From: Phyllosticta citribraziliensis
Taxonomy: Eukaryota
Reading direction: 5' to 3'
DNA: 64,000 nt
NCBI RefSeq assembly: GCF_038025025.1
Contig: NW_027117346.1
Span: 1,488,001 to 1,552,000 of the forward strand
In this document: positions 51,801-64,000 of the stretch, piece by piece
How positions within the stretch are numbered: the stretch's first letter is position 1
Layout: every line of letters starts with the position of its first letter
The notes under the pieces: generated by a model
What the model was told of the DNA's origin: nothing
Seen by the model: the letters and a program-made list of their open reading frames with translations, nothing else
Databases searched by the model: none
Made by a program: the position numbers and the translations under genes

Positions 51801-54485
51801 TATTGTCGTTGGATATCAAGTGCAAGTTGAAATGGGTCAGGTCGATCAATGCGATCCTAGGAATGGAAGTTTGGTAATGGAAGCTTTTCGTGGTGCGGGG
51901 CGGGAGGTGGTGGTCGTGGACGTGGTTGGTACGGCTCGATTGTGAAGACGCGAAGTGGCAGCCACGGCTAGGTAAGGTAGGAATTCACCTCAGAGTCATG
52001 GCACGTGACATCAAAGGCAGCATTCCACAGCGCGACAAAGGCAACAAGACGTGCTACGAATTGTTCTGAAAGACGTCAGCCGATATCAAGTCCGTTGTCC
52101 ATACTCTGCCTGGTTGGCCAACGGCATTTTTTTGCCGGTCGCCGCGCCCGAGTCCAGCCAGTCACGTGCCCTTGCAGGAGAGCTCGAGACCCGATGTGCT
52201 CGCATTGGCTTGGTTGAGCAAATCGTCCGGTTAGAGCTGAGTAGCTTACTATTTGGTTCGCAGTTGCATGGAGCATGTAGATCAAGAAGCCTTTGTAAGC
52301 CAAATACTTGATCTCGCCCGTGAAGTCCCTTGGACGTTGACATGGCTGCGAAGGCGGCGGTTTGTCACGGCCATGGCCAAGGCATTAGCGGCAAGACAGC
52401 CCCGTCAGCTTCTCAAGTAGTCTGGAACAGGATGTCAGAGATGGACTTGAGCAGGTTTAGCATGTACAGTAGGTGCCAAAGCTTACCTTGGGTTTGGCTG
52501 GCTTCGTTGCTTTCAGTGTCGACAGTCTCGCCGCATGTCAAGACTCTGTCTCGAGCAATTTGCATGCAAGCAGCCGTGGAGGGCGCAATGGCAGCGCAGC
52601 ATGATTGTAACTGGGCATCTCTGAGGACAGCAAAGGTCGTAGCAGCAACACAGCCGCGGTTTGAGGATGCGGCCAACCTTGAGCTTGCAGTCCATCTGTT
52701 CTGGCGTTGGTAGACCTGAGAGCCACTGAGCCATGTCGGAGCACTCGTCGCCGGCCTCCGGACCAACGTCATGCCCTCGGCTCCCTGCCACGCCCGCACT
52801 GCTCCAGACTGGTCCTCCGCAACATCCATCATCCAGCTCTTGCGCCTCCTGATCTGCCGCCTGGACTCGCCGCTCTGCAATATCGCGACAATTTCGCTCC
52901 GGTCCAAGAATGGGCTTTGCTGCTCCCGTGCCGCTGATGGGCTTCGAGGCGAATCCTCCAGCCTGCCGCTGCTATCTGAACCTGGCCGCCGCATACCAAC
53001 GTGTCCACTGAACATCCTGATTCTTGCTAACGATTTATGGCTGCCAATGGTCTGCAGTGCGCGACTTTTGATCCATCTAGTCCTCTTGGAGCAAGCCAAT
53101 CTGCCATCTGTTGCCATGCCGGCGTGCCAGAATCTCTCCGCGAAGTGTGGTCCCCTGAGCTCGGCAGGCTAACCAGTACTGCGGCGCTGGTGGCACAGCT
53201 GCAAAAAACGGCTGCCGAGTCCTCAAGTGCTTGGTCTACCTGGAAACAGTAAAGCTCCCTCTGAACTTCTCCTCGGATTGACTTCTACATGGCCGCTACT
53301 TGGATGCGATTCACCACTTCTCAATGAATCCCGTGACGGACCAACGGCAGCGGAGCCTCACATTTCTATCCTTATTTGTTCTGTGTTGCAACAAAAGCCG
53401 TAAAGGTTGTCTCCACTGTGGCACGCGTGTGCTTTGCGTGGGAGATTTGGGAAGCATTCCTCAGTATCCACAAGTTTTTGTGGCTGCGGATTCTGTCTAA
53501 TTCTGCTCTCGGTTGACATCCGATTGGGTTCCCTGTCGCCAGTCGGTCTATCCACTGCCGTGGCAGCGTCGCTTTCGCAATCGTACGCCGTACACGTAGC
53601 GACAGAAGATCAAGCACGTCATATGTAAGATCAGACGGCAAGGGCGGGAGGATGTATGGCTCTTGAAGAGCTTCCACGTGGGCGAGATGGCATTCTTGAA
53701 CATTAACAGTGGTAGCTCGGTTGCAGTCTATTGAGTTTTGGATGGGCCAGCGGTCTGGATGCTTCCACTGCGCTGGGTCGAACGGCTTGCCCAAGGCCGG
53801 GCTTGCCCAAAGGAGCCAAGGGTCCAGTGGAGTCTTGGTCGAGGAACGGGTAGAGTTGCACTGCGGATGGGAAGAATGGGAGTCGACGTCGCGCCGTCCC
53901 GCCAAAACCACCCATCACCCCGCAAGTCCCAGTGGGTCGGGAGCAGGTCCGAAGATGCAATGCCACAGAGGAAGCGGGACTCGGCTGGGGCGTTACTGCA
54001 AGCAGTCTAGCATGACTTTGATCATCTCGCATCCCGTCAGGTCGGTCACATCTGCCAGTCAGTGTCAGGTCGGCACTCGAGTGCAGCCGTGGTTCAGTCC
54101 CAGTCGTCGCGGCTCCGGGCCGCCTGGCTTGGTTGTCTCTGCGCCCTGGAGCACGGAGCAGCCCAAGGATTCAGACCACGGCATCAGCTCACCGACCTCT
54201 GTCTTCCACGGCATGACAAACGGTATCGCTGACTGGCAACTTGACCGCCAACCCGTGCAAGCCCAATTGTAATTTTCATGGCCTCAGACCGGTGCGCCGC
54301 TGATGACTCAGGTCGTTGCTCCACCACCTGCGGCAAATTCGCCCTACGCGTCTCTTAGGCCGCCGCCTCCATCCCCGTCAACACGCTCTGTAAACAAACT
54401 GGCTCCCCTTTTTTTCGATACCGGCATACCATGGTGGGTCGACGTGACTCTCCACTGTCCACCGTCTCCATGTCGCCGTCCTTAC

Positions 54486-54491
54486 TATAAA
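54486..54491 (+). promoter_or_regulatory. Candidate TATA box
   Basis: TATAAA about 155 nt upstream of ATG 54643, followed by a pyrimidine-rich stretch. Confidence 0.45.
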
Positions 54492-54642
54492 GCCGCCTCG
54501 TCGGTCCGGTGCATGTCGCGCATCATCCTGTCTCCCCCAGTGCCCTTTTTTGCTCCCCGCCGCATCCTCTCCAATACATCCTCTCAAGTGCCATTCGCGA
54601 CGAGTCGCAAAGCTTCAGCTAGCGCGACTGGGCGCCCGCAAC

Positions 54643-56186
54643 ATGGTGCGTATCCGCTGCTCGATCCAAGGCCTACCTTTTTGCTAATTCTGCGACAGGC
54701 TTCCAGCGCCGTTTCCACGTTCCCGCAGCAAGTGGCCAAGATGCTCTCCCGAAAGAGCGTCGCCATTCCAATCGCCGCAGGCTCAATCATCCTCTTCCTC
54801 CAATGGCGCAAGAGGAGGTCGCAGACGTCGTGGCTCAAGTCGAGCCAGCCGGAACAAACGCCCGAGTCGCAAAAGCCACACGACGAGACCAAACCCGTGG
54901 AAGCGCGGAGCAAAGAGACGGAGGCGACTGCAGATCATACGACTGTCCCGCAGGCACGCCTTTGGTCTTCGCAGGAAGAGCTTGGGACCGCGTACCTGAA
55001 CGCCAAAAGACCGCGCCTAGATACCGGCGAGGGCGTTCGCCAGGCCCCCACGGATGAGAAGCCATATATGGAAGTCCGAACGGATTCTTTCCTTCCCGTG
55101 CTGGATATATCCTCGCCAGCGCCCACGCCAGCCTCCCGCCGCGAGTCGCGTCGCGAATCCATTCAGGTTGACACTACGGTTCAACTCACGTACGAGACGG
55201 CACCATGGCCAGGCAGCGCCGGGATGGCTCCGACCTTTTCGACGATTGTCGAGGCCGCGGAAGCGGAACCGCTGTCGGCGGCTTCTTCCATCTTTTCCAA
55301 CCCGTTCAAGGACGAGACTTCGGCAGTGCCCACGCCAGACACGTCGTTTGGCGACTTCAACTTTGGCCGGCGCGACACCCTCACGCCGAACAACGACGCC
55401 CGCTTCGCGCGCAAGCAGTCTATCCAGGTCGACACCATCGTGGAACACTCGGTAGAGACGACAGAGGCCGATGTGAAGCCCTGGGTTGAGACTGTCGTTC
55501 ATGCGACTGGATCCACCCCGGGCAGCGACGAGGACGACGAGGACGAGGCAAACATGGGCGTCGAGCTGCCGCCCCATGAGGCCTTTGGCCGCCGCCAGTC
55601 AATTCAAGTAGATACAGTTGTTTCGCGCACCGTATCTCCCGCGCCTCCATCCAGCGACTCCATCCCTCGCGTCGAAAGCATTGTCGAAGCGGACGCCTAT
55701 CTCGACCCCCTGGACCCCCTGGCACCCACGCCTCTGCAGCCCCCTCAACTCAAAGTCGACACGCCGCAGGACACAGCATCGCCAGCGCTGTCGGCAGCGC
55801 GCTCGTCCGACGCCGAGCTGGACCCGCTCTCGCCGCTGCCGCCGTCGTCGACGTCGCCGCTGAGCACCAGCAACCACAACAGTCTGCTCGCGCAGCCGCC
55901 CGTGGACCGCCTCGTCCACGTCTACAGCGACGACGACGCCCCGCTCAAGCACCTGCCCGGCATGGGCGTGCCCAACAGCGCGCGCGACGCCCTCGTCATG
56001 CGCGTGCGCCAGCACTCGGTCGCCGACGCCGTCGTGGAGGCCGAGGAGGCCCTGGACGATGCCCGCAGCCGCGAGGGCCTCGTCGCTGTGCTTGAGGGCG
56101 CGGTGGCGCCGCCACCCAGGGAGCCCGTGGGCGCTGTCGTCCCTGAGCGCGAATGGCTGCCTGGCTTTGGCGTGCCGAACGCTTGA
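54643..56186 (+). CDS. Uncharacterised ~496-aa protein: N-terminal hydrophobic anchor, disordered acidic body, 3x SIQVDT repeats
   Basis: ATG-only first exon (54643-54645), intron 54646-54698 (GTGCGT..GCTAAT..CAG), then in frame with ORF 54303-56186. Hydrophobic VAIPIAAGSIILFLQW is followed by RKRR. Confidence 0.8.
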
Positions 56187-57159
56187 GATGGCGATAGCAA
56201 GGGCGAGGTGATGACACACATCTGACGGACGTGACGACGGACACGAAGTAACGGCCGATCAATCCGCGCGCCACTGACGGGACGGACGGACAGAAGGACT
56301 GCTCCCTGCATGAGAGCATTCAGGCGGGCGAGCGAGCTGGAAAACCACCGCCGTGGGAAAAGGGGAAACGAAACATGTTGGCAGGCTGATCACGTCGCAT
56401 CACTTGCCTTGTACTACGCGCCCATGTACCACCATCAACATGATTCTTGGAGTTGGAGGAGGAGCGGAGTTGGAAGCGTTGGAGGAGCAGCGTTACGCAT
56501 AAACGCACGCACTTACCTTAGAAACACAAGACCTCACAAAGATCGTTGAAAAGGCGTTCGCACAGGAAGACAGGCATTTTTGGGCATAGATCATCCACAC
56601 GAATAAGACATTGAGCTGGAATGCTTTGGGCATTTGCGCAGCTGGCTTGACTACACATCTGGCATTTGGTCTGTTTTCCTTCTTCGTTGTGCAGCCGCAG
56701 TGCTTGTGGTTGGTGCTTCTTCCACCACCCACCGTAAATTCAAGAAGAACCAAAGGGGAGCCATCAAATGGAGATGAAGATGATGATACAGCGCCTCCCT
56801 CGTGCACCATCCACCCCACGCCTGTCAACGCCGGAATATGGCAATAGTCCGCCATCCCTGAGCCTAACATCGGTGCTAGTGCAGAAGACAAATTCCTCCC
56901 TCCCCCCGTTCGCCCGAGACAGACGTAGCTGGTGATCAGCAAATAAAGGATAAAAGTACAGCGTCCCAATCGTGACTAGATCAGACCAGCCCCATGGTAC
57001 CAAACCTCGCGTGCCGTCCGTCGCCGAAATCCGCCCATCATCATCCGTCCATCCGTCCCAGCTTGATGCGAGAATTCCAAACTACCAAGCTCGTGGCATA
57101 TCTCTTTTTTCTCTCGAACCTGATGTGCGCGTGAGATAGTTTGTTCACAGACAGGTTGT

Positions 57160-57770
57160 TCACGCGTCGCCCCAGGCGCCGCGGATGCGTCGTGCCAGCT
57201 GGATGTCCTTTTGCATAATGGTGACGCGCTTGGCGTGGATGGCGCAGAGGTTGGTGTCTTCGAAGACGCCGACAATGTACGCCTCGGCGGCTTCCTGGAG
57301 CGCGCCAATTGCCGACGACTGCCAGCGCAGAGACTCGCCTGGGGGTATCATGTTGTGGGCGATTTCGCGAACCTGGCGGGGGGAGAAAAGACGTCAGCGC
57401 CGTCGTTTGAGCACGGGGGCGATTTTTGCTGCGGAGCTGGGACTTACGAGGCGCGCAAACGGGAGCTTGCGGAGTAGCAGGTCCGTCGTCTTTTGGTAGC
57501 GTTTGATTTCCCTGAGAGCCACGGTGCCGGGCTTGTAGCGCGTCTGCTTCCTGGGTGTGGGGTCGCCGGCTGTGGGGCAGTCAGTCACTTAGTTCTGGGG
57601 AGGGCCGCAGGAGCGATTGATGGGGAGGCGTATTTACGCTGGGCACCGGATGACCTGCGTCTCTTTGGGGTCGTCGCTGCGGCGGATCCAGTCGATTTGC
57701 GCGGTCCTTTGCCGCCGGTGGACTTGCGGCCGGTGGAGTGTCGGCCTCCTCTGGTGGGTTTGGGCGGCAT
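57160..57770 (-). CDS. CSE4: Centromeric histone H3 variant CENP-A
   Basis: Exons 57770-57638, 57569-57448 and 57372-57160 give a divergent basic tail, [43 protein letters not shown], a longer loop 1 with LRWQSSAI (W replacing the H3 F), and [16 protein letters not shown]. Confidence 0.93.
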
Positions 57771-58370
57771 TTCTGTTGCTCAAAGAATAGATTGGCTCGA
57801 GCGGCGCGATCTGAGACGCGTTGATTGCGCTGTTTGTAGGCAATGGGTGGTCGCAATGGCTGGAGTTGGGCAGCTGTCGCGAGCGCGTCAGAGCGCGTTG
57901 TTGATGAGCCAAAGACGACCAACGGGCGGGGAAAAAGCGGCAAGGGCCAATTGGAGTCGAGGCGGGGTTGTAACGGGAGTTGAGGGGCTGCGGCGAGGCC
58001 TCTGTCCGGCAACCTGAGGGTTTCGGTCGTGGTGGATGTACACAAAGCGAATAACTGGGAGGTTGGGATGGATGGATCTGATGCGTGCGACGGCAGGGAT
58101 GAGCTAATCTTAGCGGCCTTGCGGCTTGGTGGGCAGGCAGGGCACTTGTGGCTTATCTCCGCGCCTCCGCATCGCTACAGTCCACGTTTGTTTCTTCCAT
58201 CATCTTAGCTACATGTAGATATCCACAACATCTACGTACCTCACATACAGATCGCTCCCCTCGAAGTTCCTCGCCGCCTCGTCCACCTCTTTACCTGCCT
58301 CGTCCAACTCTTTCCGCTCGCTTCCGCCGCCTACCTCACGCTTCACTCCAACTGCCGTCCATCCGCCGCC

Positions 58371-59220
58371 ATGGCCGGAATGCTTGGGCCCGGTGAGGGC
58401 ATGATGGGACAGTTTCCGCTCGAACAGTGGTTCTACGAGCTGCCCGTCTGCACTCGCTGGTGGACGACCATAACTGTGGTTCTGAGCGTGCTCGTCCAGT
58501 GCCACGTCGTCTCTCCCTTTCAGCTCTTCTACAGCTTCCGCGCTGTCTACTTCAAAAGCCAGGTTCGCTTGTGATAACGCAGGCATTGTTTGTTGTACTG
58601 ACAAGACATTGTAGTATTGGCGCATTCTTACCACATTCTTCTACTTCGGCCCTCTCAGCTTGGACCTATTGTTCCACGTCTTCTTCCTTCAGCGCTATTC
58701 ACGCCTCCTAGAAGAAGGCTTTGGCAGGTCGCCCGCGCACTTTTCATGGCTCCTTGCCTTTTCCTCTGCCGTACTCCTCATCATCGGGCCGTGGTTCTCC
58801 ATGGGTTTCCTCGGGTCCGCCCTTAACAGCGTACTGGTCTACATCTGGAGTAGGAAGAATCCGGACACCAACTTGAGCTTTTTGGGGCTGGTTGTCTTCA
58901 AAGCGCCGTTTCTGCCGTGGGTGCTCGCCTTGTTCAGCATGGCTGTCCATGGCTCAGTACCCAAGGACGACTTGTGTGGCATCATCATTGGGCACCGTAA
59001 GCCGAACCCTCACCAACGGGCCTCTTCGTGATAGCTGACATTTGCAGTGTGGTACTTTTTCAACGATGTGTACCCTCCGATGAACCGTGGCTCTCGTCCG
59101 TTGGATCCGCCCTCGTGGTGGATCCGTCTTTGGGAAGGTCGGCCAGCCAACGAAGACAACACACCCGCTGGACCCATCGACCACGGCATTGCTGCCGTAC
59201 CTGCTCCAGAAATAAGATGA
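58371..59220 (+). CDS. DER1: Derlin (ERAD membrane protein)
   Basis: Exons 58371-58562, 58615-58996 and 59048-59220. Motifs P.CTRWW, QYWRILTTFFYFG, RYSRLLEE, YIWSRKNP, APFLPWV and GHLWYFFNDVYP. Confidence 0.95.
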
Positions 59221-62065
59221 ACAAAACATCTTCGCTTCGTTTCAAAAGTTGCTCAGATACCCGGCGATGAGGAGGCAACTTGGCGCAAGGAAATCTTTTC
59301 TGGTTATGTCGGAGTTTGGGATAAGAAAGGAAGAACTGGGTCTGGTATGTTTAAAACTGGAGGTCGCCTGTGATGAGGGTGGCTTGAATGCCCGCAATCA
59401 GTCGTCTATCGAAGCGGAAGAATATTGCCTGACTACTCCCCTACTGGTGTGTGTGCCACGACTTGCGACCAAGTCTCGCTCCCTTGCCCTTGTGCATACT
59501 CTGAATGGCTTATCTCCAACAGTTTTCGTCAATGATCATGTAGCGATACTCCCCAAGTCGCATGAAGATCGAGTCGATGCTGGAAATTGTCCACGATCAA
59601 GAGAACAAGGTATCCATATCATATAAGAAGGCCTTTTACATCACACCTTCCTATTTGCTGCTGTTTTCCGGCCTTGGCTCTACTGGCGCTGTCGTGCCAG
59701 CTTCCTTTGTCCAAGCTGCATCATGGCCGGAATAACTATCCATGCGAAATCCTCATCTCAGCTGACTACTCTCCATATAGCGGTTTGCAATCGGCAGCAT
59801 ATTACACGTCAAAGGGCCTGGCGGACGGCGTACCTCCCGAAAACATCCCGCTGGTCGTGTGCCCTCGGCCCGCCTGACTGGAATGTAACCGGTTGGACTA
59901 GCCTCCACCGCCACACCTTGGCTCCCCCTCGCTGCATCAAAGCACTCGGCTCAAGAGGACGACAACTGGTCACACTCCACGTGGAAATCGCAAAGGAATA
60001 CATTCACATGTTCTCGAATCCAGTCCAAGCCTTGCGCTGCACCACCAAAGTACATGCAAGGTACGGAAGGAGCCTATATTCAACGATGCACGTCCAATAT
60101 TGCAGCTGGGAGACACGTCTGGCCCCGTCGACGCGACTCGTGTCGCTTGATTCCTTTTGTCTTTGCTTTCGCCGAAAAAGTGAGGAATTGGATGCGCATC
60201 ACGAGGCATAGGTGGGGAGATACAGCATGCCGCAGCCGCAGGCAACGGGCAAACCGTGAAAACGCAGTGGGGAAGAGCTGGAGAACCCTAGTCCTCATCA
60301 GTAAGTTGCTTAAGCATTTGTGGTCGAGAAAATCTCCCGTCGTATCCATGTCGCCCTAGTGTAACAGTGGGGTCCCCTGTCAGCTTGCGACGACTCTCAA
60401 TATGCACTTCGCTCTTCTAGTTACCATTCTCAGACATTTGCTCGAATCCGGTATGAAGATTCTGCGACTCCGCCCTACCCACCCTCGACCGGTCTCCTTG
60501 CTTTGTCATTGGGTCTTCTCTCAACCTCAGTTCATGTCTACGTATCTGACCAACCTGACCACGCTCGCAGGACGCACGCACCTGGACTTGACATCCCGCG
60601 CTCGTCATCGTTATCAGCGAGATATCCAGTTTGCTGGGCATACCTGTGGCGCTTGATAGTTTGAAACTCTGTGCTACTCTTCGACAGTGTCTTTGCCAGG
60701 TTCCGTCTGCACCCCGGAAAGGCGTTGATGTTTTGGAGCCACTTTCGCAATTACACTCCACTATGCGCAGTCGAATCCATATGCAGGCCAGATCTTAGAA
60801 CGCCACATCCTCCGAGTCTCCTGGGTCTGACCAAGACGCCGCATTTGGATTTTCATCCCTCCTGTTGGCGCAGTAAACCCACATTCTCGACTCCTGAAGG
60901 ACCCCGCGTCTCCAGCCTTTTCATGTCGCACTTGCGCCTAGCAATTCTGGACGACTAACCTCGCTGTCTCCGAACTATTCTGTGGTTTATGGGCAGCTCA
61001 TCCTGCCAGCTCAACTGACGTCTCATCACGGGACTGCGTCACACTTGCTCCCGCGACTGCCTAGACGCAACACTAGCATGAAACATGGCTAATATCTTCA
61101 GCTGTTGAGCGTTCGCAGGGACGTTGAGTCCCGGGTCGCGATCGTTGTCGCCCATTGCGACTTGCCCTGCTTTGGTGCTCAGTCCGCCCGTGCGCCATGG
61201 GCAACAGGTTATACGATGAAATCCCTCATCAAAAACATTCTCGACACGCCAGCCACTTTGCGACGTGTCGATAACTCCGAGAAAGATTCTTGTTCGCAGA
61301 TTGCGCGGCCGTGAGTTCTAGACGCGATTCAAGGCGCAGCTACACTGGAGGAGCATTTCCAGTTGAACAAGCCCAAAAACAGAATGATTTCCCAGCTGTT
61401 GGCTATCGAAGAGTTCAGCGGCCTAGGAAGAGATCTCTGGAAGCCCCCACGGGCTATCAACGAGGATGGCATTGCGGACATCGCATTCAACATCTTGACA
61501 ACGTTTCTGCCTCCCGTCCACCCTCTCAGACGAACATCTTGTGATTTCTAGCCCAGCCTGGTACAACTCCGAAAGCTCGGCTCGGCGTCCCCATTCGCAT
61601 CTCGGCCCATCCCCACCGACGCCCACGTTACCTCTACCGCATGTCATCCGTCAACCTGTGCCATTCTCCGCCCCTGTCAGAAGAATGGGCCGGCCCGCCA
61701 TACCCAACAGATAGGGCGCTCGGATGCCCAAGCCCGAGGCAGGGCGATATGGCACCCGCCTCTCCCCTGCATGAGCTCCCACGAGGTTATCTGGGTCTTA
61801 GCCGCGCGATCATACCGGAGCAGTTACTACAGTAATGATGGTGGGCTGGATCACTTGTTGTCAGTCCTGCGCCTCATGGTTTTTGTAGTCGTGGGTATAA
61901 AGAATCCAGGTTGGACGCCGACTTGAAAGCTCATCGCCAGCCTTTGCACATCTCTGTCTTTGCGGTCCTAAGCAACAGTCTCCGTACTTTCGTTCGGTAG
62001 ACTTGCCCTGCCACCACCTTCCGGGTACACTGTCCACGGCTCCAGTCCTTTACCAACTGTACAAG

Positions 62066-63740
62066 ATGATCACTACTTCGCGTCTCGCCTCCCTGGCAGC
62101 TGCTTTTGTCACTGTGAGACACGCTTCTGCTGGATTCAATCCGTCCTCGAAGAACAATGTCGCCGTCTATTGGGGTTTGTGATGTTCGTGGTTGGTGAAG
62201 CAATAATGACTGACTGGCTGCAGGGCAAAACTCTCATGGGAGGGGAGGTGATGATCCTGAGGCTCAGAAGAGACTGGCTTATTACTGTGCAAGTATGATC
62301 CACCGTGGCACTGATCAAGCACGGCGAAGCTGACCAACGTGACCACAGATTCCGACATCGATGTACGCAAACTTTGAAGTCTTCTTGTTTCCATCTGACT
62401 CTCATTTAGGTCATCCCCATGGCTTTCATGACAAAGATTGGCGGCGCCGATGCCCTGCCGGAGTTGAATTTTGCAAACCAAGGAGACCCGTGCGGCATGT
62501 TCGATGGGACAAACTTGAAGAACTGTCCCCAGATTGCGTGAGCTTCCCCTGACACTGCCTTTGATCCAGCTGCTGATGTTCCTCCAGTGAAGACATTGTA
62601 ACATGTCAAGAGCAGTACGGAAAGACGATACTTTTGTCGATTGGAGGTGCTACATATACCGAGGGAGGATTCCAAAGCGAATCCGCCGCTGTCACTGCAG
62701 CCAACAAAGTTTGGGACATTTTCGGCCCCTATAATTCGGGAAGCAGTGCCCTCCGGCCCTTTAATAACTCTGCAGTTGACGGGTTCGACTTTGATTTCGA
62801 GTCTACTGTCCAGAACATGGTACCCTTTGTGCGACAGCTGCGCACTCTTGTGGATTCCGCGTCTGATGGAAAGAAGCGTTACCTCACTGCAGCACCACAG
62901 TGCCCATACCCTGACGCCGCAGACCAGCAATTTCTCGACGCCGTCGGAATGGACGCCGTCTTTGTGCAGTTTTACAACAACTACTGCGGCGTGCAGTCGT
63001 ACAGCCCGGGATCGAGCCAACAGAACAACTTCAACTTTGACACCTGGGACAAGTGGGCCACGCAGACTTCGCCCAACAAGAACGTCAAGGTCTTTCTTGG
63101 GATTCCGGCCAGCTCGACGGCTGCTGGAAGCGGTTACCTGGAGCCGACGGCCCTCGCGCCCGTCATTTCGTACGTCAAGAACTTTTCGAGCATGGGTGGC
63201 GTCATGATGTGGGATGCCAGTCAGGCGCTCTCCAACAAGGACTTCCTGGCGCAGGTCGCAGGCGAGCTTGACACTTCGTCAGCGCAATCCACGTCTGCTG
63301 CCACTAGCGCTGTGGCTTCCAGCACGGGGACAAGCAGCTCGGCCTCGCAGCGCTCCACCGGCGTCTCGTCCTCTTTGTCGTCCTCGGCGGCGTCCAGGAG
63401 CAGCGCCGCTTCGACCCTCGTCACAAGCGTGCGCAGCTCCTCCCTCACCTCGTCTTCTTCGGTTGCTGCCCCGTCCTACGACGCGCCTCCCGTCACCAGC
63501 CAACCGCAGCAAATTCTCTCTCGCGCCACGGACGCTCCGTCTGAGGCTGCCAGGTCGGGATATGGAATCAGCAGTGGCAGCAGCAGCAGCGTTGTACCCG
63601 CCTCCTCGATCCAGGCAGTGCTGCCCCCTTTCCACCATGGCCCGCCTCCGCCTATGCGCTCTTCTTCTTCCACAAGAGGCAAGCCGCATCGCTTTGTCTG
63701 CGAGGAGATCGTCGACGATGATGCCGGCGAAGCGGCTTAG
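62066..63740 (+). CDS. Secreted GH18 class III (Cts1-like) chitinase with Ser/Thr-rich tail
   Basis: MITTSRLASLAAAFVTVRHASAGFNPSSKNNVAVYWG|QNS, several small exons, then ILLSIGGA, intact DGFDFDFE catalytic motif, TAAPQCPYPD, VQFYNNYC and GGVMMWD. Confidence 0.95.
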
Positions 63741-64000
63741 ATTGGTTTGTAGGTGCTAGATAGAACAGCCTGGGTGTCTCTATCGTCATAACGATCGCTA
63801 AAGACGGGATGAATTTGTTTTTGGCTCAGTGGCGTGGCATGTCATGATATGACGACGCACACGCACATGAGATGGAGTCTGGCAGATGGACACGGCCGCA
63901 GATATGGTATAGGCTTGATGCTTCTCGGAGTCGTTCTTCGCACATTTTGTACTTCTCTCGCTCAAGAGGCGGATGCTTTGCTCTCTTCCATTTCTTCTGT

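Noticed and set aside
54303..54642. N-terminal 113 aa of the 627-aa ORF in the track
   Set aside because: It spans the TATA box and an evident intron; ATG 54643 plus intron is the better model.
58182..58187. CCACGT, a possible UPR element upstream of DER1
   Set aside because: A single 6-mer is expected by chance and gives too little support.

Overview
Gene-dense eukaryotic DNA from a filamentous ascomycete (short GT-AG introns with CTRAC/CTAAY branch points; Dothideomycete-like by inference). About 24 protein-coding genes can be modelled, several only after splicing: a partial secreted GMC oxidoreductase, an Edc1/PNRC-type decapping activator, RBX1, SPC1, an ALR-type CorA Mg2+ transporter, HSF1, an F-box protein, a Cys-rich single-pass membrane protein, an alpha/beta hydrolase, TIM8, RPL25, BMT2, an AVT-type vacuolar amino-acid transporter, eRF1, PHA2, an HTD2/MaoC-like dehydratase, a membrane-anchored fucose-lectin-like propeller, a GH3 beta-xylosidase, a PIN4/Cip2-like RRM-R3H protein, H2A.Z, an uncharacterised repeat protein, CENP-A, DER1 and a GH18 chitinase. 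No tRNA, rRNA or CRISPR array was seen. Four signals stand out. (1) eRF1 has a leaky UGA-CGG stop, a downstream hairpin, an in-frame backup stop and a 3'UTR intron, the layout of a readthrough/NMD autoregulatory loop. (2) An uncharacterised, probably membrane-anchored disordered protein carries three synonymous-diverged [RK][RK]xSIQVDT motifs resembling PKA-overlapping LC8 (GIQVD-type) sites. (3) A perfect six-pentamer heat-shock element lies in apparently gene-free DNA about 2.1 kb downstream of HSF1. (4) Four copies of a short hAT-like MITE family are present. All gene models and family calls come from reading the sequence by eye; no database search was run.
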